Virus record (IMG/VR): IMGVR_UViG_3300027976_000006
Location: 1 to 64,000 of that record
Length of the DNA: 64,000 nt
Reading direction: 5' to 3' (one strand)
Source: a virus
The notes below the pieces were generated by a model. That model was not told where the DNA came from. It searched no databases and worked only from the letters and a program-made list of their open reading frames with translations. Positions 55,611 through 64,000 of the stretch are shown piece by piece (position 1 is the first letter of the stretch; each line of letters opens with the position of its first letter). The translations under genes were made by a program, and so were the position numbers.

Positions 55611-57023
55611 ATGCTAGACGATACGGACGACTTGGCTGAATCAATTCTAAATCCACCCGAAAAAGCTAAAAAAAATTTAAAAAACGAGGCAAAAGAAAAA
55701 CCGGTTGAAACTACAGAACCTAAGAAAAAAACCGCAAGCCTATCCGGAGGAGTTAAGCTAACTAACAAGACTAAAAGTAGTGTACGCTCTCGTTGGTCAG
55801 AGGAAAATAGCGGGGAAAGCCGTGACTCTATGATGATCAAGTTACGATCAAATGCCAGAGATAAATTTGGAGCGGATCGAGTGTTCGTCACGCGAGAAGA
55901 CTTGGGTAAGCTTGCAATTGGTATTCCAACTCCTTCATTGGCGTTTGAATATTTAGTCGCAAATGATGTATTTCCTTTAGCTAGCGTCGTAATGCTTGCA
56001 GGCAGCTGGGGCAGCTGTAAGTCGGCGTTGTCCTATGAGTTTTTTCGGTGGTTTTACGAGCAGAAAGGAATGGCAATACACATTGACACAGAAGATAAAT
56101 TCGATGCCGATTTTGCATGCGATATTATGCGGGTAGGCCAGAATGTAGTGCCATTCATATCCAATCGGGCGAATTCCCTAGAAAACATGCAAAAAATTCT
56201 TACATTTCATTTGGGAGAAATGCAGTCGCTGCTCTTGGGTACGGCGGCTGACCCGGGCCCGGGTAAAACTAGACCAGTTTGTTTTTGTATTGACAGCCTT
56301 GCGGGTGCAACCTCGGAGGAAATTCAAGAAAAAATTATTAAAGAAGGTAGTGCGGGCCGAACTCATCCTGTTAATGCTTTAAAAAATACTATTTATTTAT
56401 CCGGCATTAAAAAGGAATTTGAAAATTGGCCCTTTACTTTATTGATCGTAAATCATCTAAAAGAAAAGTTAGACGACAGAGGTAACGCGCATCAGTACAC
56501 ATTAGGGGGTCAAAGTTATAACTTTCACGAAAGTTTAGAGTTGAGAAATTCGATCTGGAGAACAAAGTTTAAAAATCAACAATTTGAAGGATTAGGAGTT
56601 AAAATACAATGTGCTAAAAATTCATTTGGGCCCACGGGGCGTTCGCTTAAGACGAGGTTCCTGTGGTGGATTGAAGATGACCCTATAACAGGAAGTCCTC
56701 GCGATGTGTTTTTGTGGGATTGGAATTGGGCACTCTGCACTTTACTGAATGAAATGGATGGCATGCACAAAAATAGGTTGACCGACCGTGACTTAACCAT
56801 TAAATGCAAATCACCAGCAGCTGATGTCGAATGTCTGGCAAACTTTAGAGCGGTGGGGATGGGTAAAGATGAATATCTGCCTTTTCAGGAAGTCGGACAG
56901 CTTATCCAAGACAATCCTAAAGTGTGCGACAGCATTAGAGATGCCTTAAACATAAAACGGAGATATCGGCTCGATAAGCCATACGATACAATTGTCGAAG
57001 AGCACGTAAAGTCCTTGGAGTAA
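55611..57023 (+). CDS. recA: RecA/UvsX-like recombinase
   Basis: IPT.S, GSWGSCKS (Walker A), IDTE, IDSL, VNHL, GG, KN. Confidence 0.85.
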   Translation: MLDDTDDLAESILNPPEKAKKNLKNEAKEKPVETTEPKKKTASLSGGVKLTNKTKSSVRSRWSEENSGESRDSMMIKLRSNARDKFGADRVFVTREDLGKLAIGIPTPSLAFEYLVANDVFPLASVVMLAGSWGSCKSALSYEFFRWFYEQKGMAIHIDTEDKFDADFACDIMRVGQNVVPFISNRANSLENMQKILTFHLGEMQSLLLGTAADPGPGKTRPVCFCIDSLAGATSEEIQEKIIKEGSAGRTHPVNALKNTIYLSGIKKEFENWPFTLLIVNHLKEKLDDRGNAHQYTLGGQSYNFHESLELRNSIWRTKFKNQQFEGLGVKIQCAKNSFGPTGRSLKTRFLWWIEDDPITGSPRDVFLWDWNWALCTLLNEMDGMHKNRLTDRDLTIKCKSPAADVECLANFRAVGMGKDEYLPFQEVGQLIQDNPKVCDSIRDALNIKRRYRLDKPYDTIVEEHVKSLE

Positions 57024-57026
57024 CCT

Positions 57027-57590
57027 ATGGCCAAGAAAGTAAATCCATTGCACCCTTTGTTAAGCAAAATCGCCAAGTTTGAACAAGGCGATGTGCAGGG
57101 TAAACAATGGGAATCAAGTCGAGTCGAGTGGACGCTACGAAGGTTAAAGTTAGAACAAAAAAGAAAGGAAATTTTACAAAATGCGGTAGGTTCAAAATAT
57201 TCTTTTGAAGCCTTTAATCAGATAGCTAATTTTCCGATGTATCTGTTTGCGGAACCTCTAATAGGTGCTCCGCCAATTCATCGTGATCCTAAATCTATTC
57301 ACCCGTTTTGGTTTAAAGCTTTTCGCGGTCTACCCATTGTGGAGCGTTACGAAGAGCAACTCGAGGCTATGCTGGAGAAATATACAGATCGTCCAATCGG
57401 TATGGTTTTTCCTAGGAAAGGTTTTTTAGAGGGACTCTTAATTCACAACGGGAGCTGGGAAATGTTTGCCCCGTTTCAGGCCGGCACTCATGTGTTTAGA
57501 AGTAGCAGGGAAAAAGCGGCGACGCTGACTGTGCAACCGTACAGCGGGTTTGTCGATCACGTGCGAGATGTTCTTGCATGGTACGATTAG
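57027..57590 (+). CDS. Hypothetical protein
   Basis: GGAG RBS. Confidence 0.7.
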   Translation: MAKKVNPLHPLLSKIAKFEQGDVQGKQWESSRVEWTLRRLKLEQKRKEILQNAVGSKYSFEAFNQIANFPMYLFAEPLIGAPPIHRDPKSIHPFWFKAFRGLPIVERYEEQLEAMLEKYTDRPIGMVFPRKGFLEGLLIHNGSWEMFAPFQAGTHVFRSSREKAATLTVQPYSGFVDHVRDVLAWYD

Positions 57591-57620
57591 TTTTAAAATC
57601 TAGATTTTAAGGAAAATAAC

Positions 57621-58523
57621 ATGAATGAGCTAATTTCACTGTCAAATCAAAAAGAAAATAAAGAAGGTATTTTTCTTGCTATGGATAAAGTAACGCAAGC
57701 AATTGCGTTAGAGGGAGCAAAGAAAATGCAAACTGGATTTCAAGTTACGCTGTTAGTTCAATACGACCTTGGCACTATTATTAATGAACTGTTTAGCGTG
57801 GAGCATATAAATGAAGTACAAAGGAAGCAGGAAATAAAAAAGTTAGCAACTTATTGGAATTTATCCAATTTAAACATCATTTACGACCTGGTGAATGTGT
57901 CAACTTCTTTCACGCGTGACTTCATAAAGGCGCAGGTTGAGGAGCAGATGACGAATGGTAATTTTCTAAGCTGGAACCATTTTAAAGAATTGCAAAAAAT
58001 TGGCAGCGAGAAGAGACAATTACTTCTGCTCAAGCAGGTACGAAGACATTGCTGGTCGGCTAACGAACTTTCCTTGGAGATGCAAGGCAACAAGGAAGCC
58101 GAAATTAAGCGGGTGGGTGGACGAAAACCAAAATTGCCAAAGACACCAGTGGCGATGTTGCAAAAAATTTACACAACTGTACAGCAAACTGACAATTATC
58201 TAGAGGCGATGGCCGAACCTTTATCGGGCATGTTTTTAGAAATCGCTCCTAGTGATGTGTCAGAACAGTTCGTGTGTAACATTGAAAACACCATGGCTAG
58301 AATTACTAACGCACGAAATCAGCTTTCAAACACATTTGACGCGCTTTCGACTGTTTTAACTCGTTCAAAGGTGGTTTTGTCCCAGCAGGTTAAACCGGTT
58401 GGAACGGCGTCCGCCGCTAAAAAATCAGTTACTTTGCCTGATATGCCACAAGTGGCTGTATCGTCGCCTGCGGTTGTTTTACCTGCGACAAGAAGACAGT
58501 TAAAAAATCGGTCTGGCCTCTAA
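57621..58523 (+). CDS. Hypothetical helical protein
   Basis: AAGGA RBS. Confidence 0.7.
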   Translation: MNELISLSNQKENKEGIFLAMDKVTQAIALEGAKKMQTGFQVTLLVQYDLGTIINELFSVEHINEVQRKQEIKKLATYWNLSNLNIIYDLVNVSTSFTRDFIKAQVEEQMTNGNFLSWNHFKELQKIGSEKRQLLLLKQVRRHCWSANELSLEMQGNKEAEIKRVGGRKPKLPKTPVAMLQKIYTTVQQTDNYLEAMAEPLSGMFLEIAPSDVSEQFVCNIENTMARITNARNQLSNTFDALSTVLTRSKVVLSQQVKPVGTASAAKKSVTLPDMPQVAVSSPAVVLPATRRQLKNRSGL

Positions 58524-58538
58524 CTTGGTTTAACCCAG

Positions 58539-58572
58539 AAGCCCGCAGTTGTATTACTGCGGGCTTTTTTTT
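58539..58572 (+). terminator. Intrinsic terminator
   Basis: agcccgcagt/actgcgggct stem plus T-tract. Confidence 0.85.
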
Positions 58573-58596
58573 AACTATTACGCAAAGAGTTCATCT

Positions 58597-59421
58597 ATGT
58601 TTTCAATCTGTGCAATTTTTTATGGCGATTATTTGGCATTAGCCGAGAAGTTGTTAACATCTTTAAAGATTACGGCACATATTCAAGACGTTAGGCTTGG
58701 TTTAAACGCAGTTAGCCCGCAAGTTCGAAATTATGTGAATAGCTGGGCGTTGCAACAAATGTCGGCATACCCCGTGTATATTTACGAAGACGAGTGCAGC
58801 AATAATTTAGGTAAGTACCCGCTAATGCGCCAAATGTTTAAAGATAAAAAATTAGCAGCAAAGATCATGTGGTTTGACGATGACAGTTTTTTAGACGAAG
58901 TTTCTGTCGATTGGTGGGATACGGCTTTGATGCTTGGGCAACAATATACACAGGTTGGGGCATTGCACAGCATCGGACAAAAGCGGAAACAATATGAAGG
59001 CATCGCACAGCAATCTTGGTTTACAGGAAAACCAGTTAATGGGTACCATCGTTATAAGTTCGCCACGGGAGGCTGGTGGATTGCGGATACAGATTTTTTA
59101 ACTAAATGGGATTATCCTTTTGTCGTGCTACACCACAATGGGGGAGATTCTATACTGGGCGAATTGATAAGGCAGCAAGGAGGCAGTTTAGGGGAATTTT
59201 CTGCCGGTGTACAGTGTCATTGCGAAGGTTGTCTTAAAAATAAAATAAAGTTAAATTCAGTAGTTAGAATCAACGTGGGCGGTAGGAAGGGTAGGCGCGG
59301 GCTGGGTACCCTTGTCGAGCACTACCCTTGGGAAGATGGAAATGCAAATTCACCGATTAATTATCAAACATTTGGTCTAAAAATAGCCAGATATGTCAGC
59401 TGTAATAAGGAAAAAATATGA
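58597..59421 (+). CDS. GT-A-like glycosyltransferase, paralogue of the C-terminal domain of 5348..7297
   Basis: Shared R.GLN.V, KYP.MR.MF.D, WFDDD, FA.G..W, HNGGD..GE.I.Q.G, GRRG. Confidence 0.75.
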   Translation: MFSICAIFYGDYLALAEKLLTSLKITAHIQDVRLGLNAVSPQVRNYVNSWALQQMSAYPVYIYEDECSNNLGKYPLMRQMFKDKKLAAKIMWFDDDSFLDEVSVDWWDTALMLGQQYTQVGALHSIGQKRKQYEGIAQQSWFTGKPVNGYHRYKFATGGWWIADTDFLTKWDYPFVVLHHNGGDSILGELIRQQGGSLGEFSAGVQCHCEGCLKNKIKLNSVVRINVGGRKGRRGLGTLVEHYPWEDGNANSPINYQTFGLKIARYVSCNKEKI

Positions 59422-60332
59422 GCACGATGGAAAAGCATCCTCCGTTGCCGGGATTGTCAATTAAGCGGATTCTGGCACACAGAGATAAGTTAGTAAGTAA
59501 GTTAGTTTCGTTTGTAGGCGGAAAGCTAGAAGGCGCTCTATTCCATTCTTTTGTGGATAGTCTTCACGAGGCCTTGCCTGACGATATTCTTAAAACTACA
59601 GTACACAATAGCATTAAAAATTTGCTAACTGAAGAATTAACGCAAGCGCTACTGTTGGAAACTTGTTGGCGGATGGCTGGTAATATCCCTACTTTAATGA
59701 GACACCGTCCTGCCACTAGGTGGTTGTTTCAAAGTGATTTTGAATGGATACCTGCTAGCGTATCTGCTGTTTTTACTTTTAAACAGCATAAACAATTAGT
59801 AAATACATTTACTTTTCAAAGTTTAGCTGGAACTTTAGTTCCTAGAAAATTAATGCAAACATGGTCTTTAAAAAAAACACATTATCTGGCAACTTATCGA
59901 AACGAAAAAGGTCTTGGATTTGGGTTTTGTCGTTCACACATAAACTCAAGAGGAGAACAGCGCAATAAAAATTTATTTTCGAATGTGCAGCAGTTTTATG
60001 GGTTGCAATGTTTTTTACTGATTGACCCAGAACGATCGCAGCAGGATCCTTTTATAGTAGAAATTGGGCATAGCTATGCTACAGTGTTACATAATCGGAA
60101 GTTGATCGCATCCAGAGATAGGCAACAGACACCTTGTTTGAAAGGATTTCCTGAAACACATGAATGTTTTTGTTGCCCTTATGGCGTGGATAGGTGTGAG
60201 CTAGCCACGCATAATTTGACTTATATTAAAAGCAAATGTAAATGTTGTGAAAAGTTAAGTTTCTTAAATACAGAAGAAACGGATTATCTTGGATTTTGCA
60301 CGGTGTGTGCTACCACTAAAAGGATGTTATGA
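59418..60332 (+). CDS. Hypothetical protein with a Cys-rich C-terminus
   Basis: CFCCP, CKCC, CTVC. Confidence 0.7.
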   Translation: MSTMEKHPPLPGLSIKRILAHRDKLVSKLVSFVGGKLEGALFHSFVDSLHEALPDDILKTTVHNSIKNLLTEELTQALLLETCWRMAGNIPTLMRHRPATRWLFQSDFEWIPASVSAVFTFKQHKQLVNTFTFQSLAGTLVPRKLMQTWSLKKTHYLATYRNEKGLGFGFCRSHINSRGEQRNKNLFSNVQQFYGLQCFLLIDPERSQQDPFIVEIGHSYATVLHNRKLIASRDRQQTPCLKGFPETHECFCCPYGVDRCELATHNLTYIKSKCKCCEKLSFLNTEETDYLGFCTVCATTKRML

Positions 60333-60838
60333 CGCTACAAGCACGGATGAACGCAGACGATCGCAGACTTTATAACCCTAGTCGGGATGTTGCTCATAAC
60401 TTTCAACAAGTTATGGAACTAGTAGCAGCCCGGCTTGAGGATCAGAGTTGGCCGGAGCTAGCTGCAATATTGCAGCATGAGAAAGTAAGCATGGATGATT
60501 TAGGAGAAGCTTGTGCTTGCTACTGCAATTACATAGCTAGTGCCGCAACTTCTCCTACTTTAGTCATGGTTGCTAGTTTAGAGCAAAGCGGATTTTTTAA
60601 TTGCAAACCCGGGGCACAGGTAGCCGTGTTGGCTATGATTGGGACATGTTACGCTGGAATTCAATATGCTGGGGTGAGAGAAGCTACAATTGCGGGCGAA
60701 GGCCCGTTACAAACTGTGGGTGACCTGGTTAGAAGTGCTGAAAAGTTGCGTAGTTACATTGGTGTACCCAAATGGAAACGCTGGTTGCGCAAATGGAAGA
60801 TTCGATTAAAAGATATTTTTGTGGTTTTATCCAAGTAA
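60329..60838 (+). CDS. Hypothetical protein
   Basis: ATGA coupling. Confidence 0.7.
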   Translation: MTLQARMNADDRRLYNPSRDVAHNFQQVMELVAARLEDQSWPELAAILQHEKVSMDDLGEACACYCNYIASAATSPTLVMVASLEQSGFFNCKPGAQVAVLAMIGTCYAGIQYAGVREATIAGEGPLQTVGDLVRSAEKLRSYIGVPKWKRWLRKWKIRLKDIFVVLSK

Positions 60839-60852
60839 GGAAATGATTATAA

Positions 60853-61701
60853 ATGATTATTAACGCATGGGGATCGGAGTTTACGGCAAAGTACGGGGAC
60901 ACTTTACCTAGAAGTTATTTGTGTTTCGACACGGAGTTTACGGGCAGCAGTGAAGAGACTGATTTGATTGTGGAGATTGGACACACTCTGGTCGAAGATG
61001 GTAAAGTTGTAGACCAACTAAGCCTCATCTTAAATTGGTACGAGCATCCATCTATCTCGAGAAGTTGGTTGGATTACAAGCTAAATATGATGCGATCGGT
61101 CATAGGGGAAGGTTGGCGGTTAATGCCAGACAGGGTGCAGAAAGAAGGTATAGACCCTATGCAAGTGTTGCAATTTTATTACAAGTTGTTTCAAACTTGG
61201 AAAAATAGGAGTTTGCCGTTTGTGGCACAAAACGGGCAAAATGCCGACGAGCGCTTGCTTCGAGGTAACTTTAATCGTTTTTTAAACAAAAACTTTGAAT
61301 TGCCTCCTGACAATTACTTCGATACTGGTGGCATTTATAAAGCCACACAGGTCTGGGAGTCGTCTAATCCAAATTGTACTAATCTGCGTATGGCTATGCT
61401 CCCGCATAGATCAGATAACTTAAAAAGCTATTTTAACCGAGTAATTGGTACAAGAGTAGCGGGGATTAAATGGTCTTTAGCTTTAATTATGGAGCAATAT
61501 GGGTTAATGGCTAAGCACAATGTTTCTTTAGATCAAATGCACAGTGCCGGATTTGATTCGTTATGTCTGCATTGGATTATGGAAGAGTTTAGAGAACAGA
61601 TACAAAACAAGATGGATTTAAAATCTAAATCTGTAATTGCTACAAACACACAACTTGTTCCGGTGTCTGCCGGTGAAAAACGGCGGCAACGCTTACTGTA
61701 G
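60853..61701 (+). CDS. DEDDh 3'-5' exonuclease (DnaQ-like)
   Basis: FDTEFTG, IVEIG, VAQN...D, DT, HSA.FD. Confidence 0.85.
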   Translation: MIINAWGSEFTAKYGDTLPRSYLCFDTEFTGSSEETDLIVEIGHTLVEDGKVVDQLSLILNWYEHPSISRSWLDYKLNMMRSVIGEGWRLMPDRVQKEGIDPMQVLQFYYKLFQTWKNRSLPFVAQNGQNADERLLRGNFNRFLNKNFELPPDNYFDTGGIYKATQVWESSNPNCTNLRMAMLPHRSDNLKSYFNRVIGTRVAGIKWSLALIMEQYGLMAKHNVSLDQMHSAGFDSLCLHWIMEEFREQIQNKMDLKSKSVIATNTQLVPVSAGEKRRQRLL

Positions 61702-61714
61702 AAAGGAAGATAAA

Positions 61715-62083
61715 ATGGCGAAGCGTAAAAACTCACGGCAAAAGGGGGCGGTTGGCGAACGAGAATTGGCAGCAGAGTTAAATCGTTTATTTGGCACAAC
61801 AGCTAGAAGAGGGCAGCAGTATAGCGGGCTAGAGGGTGAAGACGTTGTTGGGCTGGGTAATATACACATAGAAAGCAAACGGGTGGAAAAATTAAATATT
61901 TATGACGCGGTAGAGCAAGCCGTTACGGATGCAAAATCCATCAAGATACCCGCAGTTTTTCACCGAAGAAACCATAAACCTTGGTTAGTTACGGTGCGCT
62001 TGGATGACATAGAAGCTTTTGCTGCCGCACTTCAAGAAGTGTTATCTAGGCGAATTGTGTTGCCACCAGCATCGGTTTCTTAG
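61715..62083 (+). CDS. Holliday junction resolvase-like PD-(D/E)XK nuclease
   Basis: SRQKG..GERE, D.....IHIESKR, QA..DA, P.V.HRRN..PW. Confidence 0.8.
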   Translation: MAKRKNSRQKGAVGERELAAELNRLFGTTARRGQQYSGLEGEDVVGLGNIHIESKRVEKLNIYDAVEQAVTDAKSIKIPAVFHRRNHKPWLVTVRLDDIEAFAAALQEVLSRRIVLPPASVS

Positions 62084-62118
62084 TTTATTTTAAATTCCAG
62101 ATTTTAGAAAGGATTACA

Positions 62119-62562
62119 ATGTCAGAAGAAAATATCGATCAACCAGTTAAAGAAGTTGATCCTGAGTTCGTCAAAGACATAGAACTAGTAGCAGATGTGG
62201 CTAATCACTTAGCCAGAAACAATTCTGATTTTAAGCAGGTGATTGCAAGCATGCTTGCGGCTAGACAGCTGTATGGTATGTGTCTGTTTGAGTTAGAGTG
62301 GCTTTGCCACCATACTGACTTTTCTAAAATTGGTGAGACCATCCCGATTACAACTGAGTCTATGACCGAGCAGCAACAGATTATGTTTAAAGAAGTACTA
62401 ATTAATGCCGCAGCAATGCAGGCACAGCAACCTTTCGACGAAAAGGTATTGTTTGATGGTATGACCAATACTGTTTTCCCTTGGATGCGGGCTGTAGTCA
62501 CCAAGCATAGTGCTTGGCAAAATGCAGAGAAAGAAAAACCGAACGAAAAGGAAAATTTATGA
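62119..62562 (+). CDS. Hypothetical protein
   Basis: AAAGGA RBS. Confidence 0.7.
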   Translation: MSEENIDQPVKEVDPEFVKDIELVADVANHLARNNSDFKQVIASMLAARQLYGMCLFELEWLCHHTDFSKIGETIPITTESMTEQQQIMFKEVLINAAAMQAQQPFDEKVLFDGMTNTVFPWMRAVVTKHSAWQNAEKEKPNEKENL

Positions 62563-63257
62563 ACGTATTTGTTAGTTGGGCGACGGTAACACAAGCTGAA
62601 GCTGGCTCTGATAATTTTTTTCAACAAGCATTTCCACCAAGTAAGAAGGGTGCTACTACTGTTGCTGCGGATGCTCCTGTACATATTTTGCATAGATCCA
62701 AGGTAAAATTATATCTTCCTGAATATTCTGAATATTTAGAAATTAAACAAAAGACGCTTGATGAATTAGATTTAATTAATGCGGATATACTTGCAATTCA
62801 ATTTGTTATCCCAGCTTTAGAAAAAGTAGTAACTTACCAGTTGGCTAAGCGAGTACCGGGCGATAATAGATTATCAGTAAGTTTGGCAGCTAGGTCCTTT
62901 TTATTAAACACTTTTTCCGGCGAATGGGATAACGAAAACAATTCCAAACGTGTCGTATTTATAGGTTTAGCCGGTTTAAAGGGTTTTATGCAAAAATTTG
63001 CTTATGCCTGTGCTGTGTTGGGTCAAGCTCTCCCTTTAAGTTTATGGCGCAACAATTCGCAAATAATTGAGCTTATAGACCAATTACCGGCAGCGGGTTT
63101 TATTAACGCTTGTGCTAATAATGCAAAACTGACAGATGCTGGCGTAGAATATTACAAATTAGTCGAAGAGTTTGAAACGGTGGGAATAGGGGCTAGTGCG
63201 GCACGAGACAGCTCAATATTACTGGCTATCGCGTTTAAACTAGGATTTGGCGGTTAA
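62559..63257 (+). CDS. Hypothetical protein
   Basis: AAGGA RBS, ATGA overlap. Confidence 0.65.
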   Translation: MNVFVSWATVTQAEAGSDNFFQQAFPPSKKGATTVAADAPVHILHRSKVKLYLPEYSEYLEIKQKTLDELDLINADILAIQFVIPALEKVVTYQLAKRVPGDNRLSVSLAARSFLLNTFSGEWDNENNSKRVVFIGLAGLKGFMQKFAYACAVLGQALPLSLWRNNSQIIELIDQLPAAGFINACANNAKLTDAGVEYYKLVEEFETVGIGASAARDSSILLAIAFKLGFGG

Positions 63258-63259
63258 AT

Positions 63260-63961
63260 ATGGATAAGTTTCCCAGGCCAGAAAATGATAAATTTTATGA
63301 ATTTAAGCCATTTCGTGTACCGAAATACCGAGTAGAATTTCAACGAGCAGTCAAGCTCGAAGATGTTCCAGGTTATGTTTGGTACACTCCTGCTGCTTTA
63401 TACCTGTGGGGAAGATACAGTGAAAACAATTTGGCGGATTTAGTACAGCGCCATAGTTTGCAAATATTCTGGTACAAGTTCGATAAACCAATTTTCAATG
63501 GATTTATTGTTAATGCCGACCCCAGCTGGAATCACACACTGTGGGCAGTGCGGGCGGATCAGTGGGATAAGTTCGTAGATGGAATTCTAGAAACGGTTCA
63601 ATTTGATATTCCAAACGCAAAACTTTATCAATATGCTTTGCAGCAATTAACCATATACGATCCTTTGTCCGTAGATGTACAAAGGATCGTATCTAGTGCT
63701 ACAGCTATTGTGAAAATTAATGCTTTTGCCGTGCTAAGTAACGAGCAACAATATGCGTTTGATACTCGTAAAAAAGATGTGCAATTAATCCCCTATATTT
63801 CTAGTTTCAAACCTAACCCTCTACATGTGTCAGCTGCTCGCCAGTTATTTTCTTCTGCCAATATGACGCAAGATAAAGCATTTAGTCGGTATAAAGAAAT
63901 TTTAACAAGTGAGCAGGATTCAGCTTATCAACAAAAAAACTTAAAAGGAAATAAACGATGA
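63260..63961 (+). CDS. Hypothetical protein
   Basis: ORF coupled to a further gene that starts at 63958 and runs off the window. Confidence 0.65.
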   Translation: MDKFPRPENDKFYEFKPFRVPKYRVEFQRAVKLEDVPGYVWYTPAALYLWGRYSENNLADLVQRHSLQIFWYKFDKPIFNGFIVNADPSWNHTLWAVRADQWDKFVDGILETVQFDIPNAKLYQYALQQLTIYDPLSVDVQRIVSSATAIVKINAFAVLSNEQQYAFDTRKKDVQLIPYISSFKPNPLHVSAARQLFSSANMTQDKAFSRYKEILTSEQDSAYQQKNLKGNKR

Positions 63962-64000
63962 GTAAGGACAAGCCCGCAAATAACGAAAAATGGAAAGCGT

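Noticed and set aside
1-64000. Genome-wide stop-codon reassignment (TAG read as sense)
   Set aside because: Long genes are intact under code 11. TAG ends genes cleanly, e.g. before the 16711 terminator and in the convergent CTAG overlap at 18956-18959. Only isolated in-frame stops were seen.

Overview
The window is a 64-kb segment of a large tailed dsDNA phage genome (Caudoviricetes), with densely packed, mostly + strand genes. A Planctomycetota-like host is inferred but not shown. From left to right: collagen-like tail fibres, a Cys-rich protein and a glycosyltransferase (1-8.4 kb); promoter/terminator-bounded small-gene cassettes carrying a twister-like ribozyme, an unrecognised structured RNA and a CsrA homologue (8.4-11.1 kb); a DUF1257/DUF2997/AAA-ATPase module (13-19 kb); an isolated minus-strand terminase large subunit; and a C5 DNA methyltransferase with an overprinted ORF. 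At 31.0-33.2 kb, a small Sm-fold-like gene is followed by a tandem array of translationally coupled mini-ORFs built from YCT-NGG hexamers between conserved 40-bp junctions. Next come an RNAP alpha-CTD homologue and a 1.35-kb segment bounded by 76-bp inverted repeats with a perfect central palindrome. The replication/recombination block encodes SbcD, SbcC, an SF2 helicase, DnaB, primase, UDG-fused PolA, RecA, a DnaQ-like exonuclease and an Hjc-like resolvase; embedded in it are an IS110/Nop-like gene, a stand-alone Cas7/RAMP-like gene and a small antisense RNA. The best candidates for new biology are the Sm-like gene plus hexamer array, the Nop-like + RAMP-like + sRNA trio, the ribozyme/ncRNA cassettes and the palindromic inverted-repeat segment. 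All family assignments come from motif recognition by eye; no searches were run.
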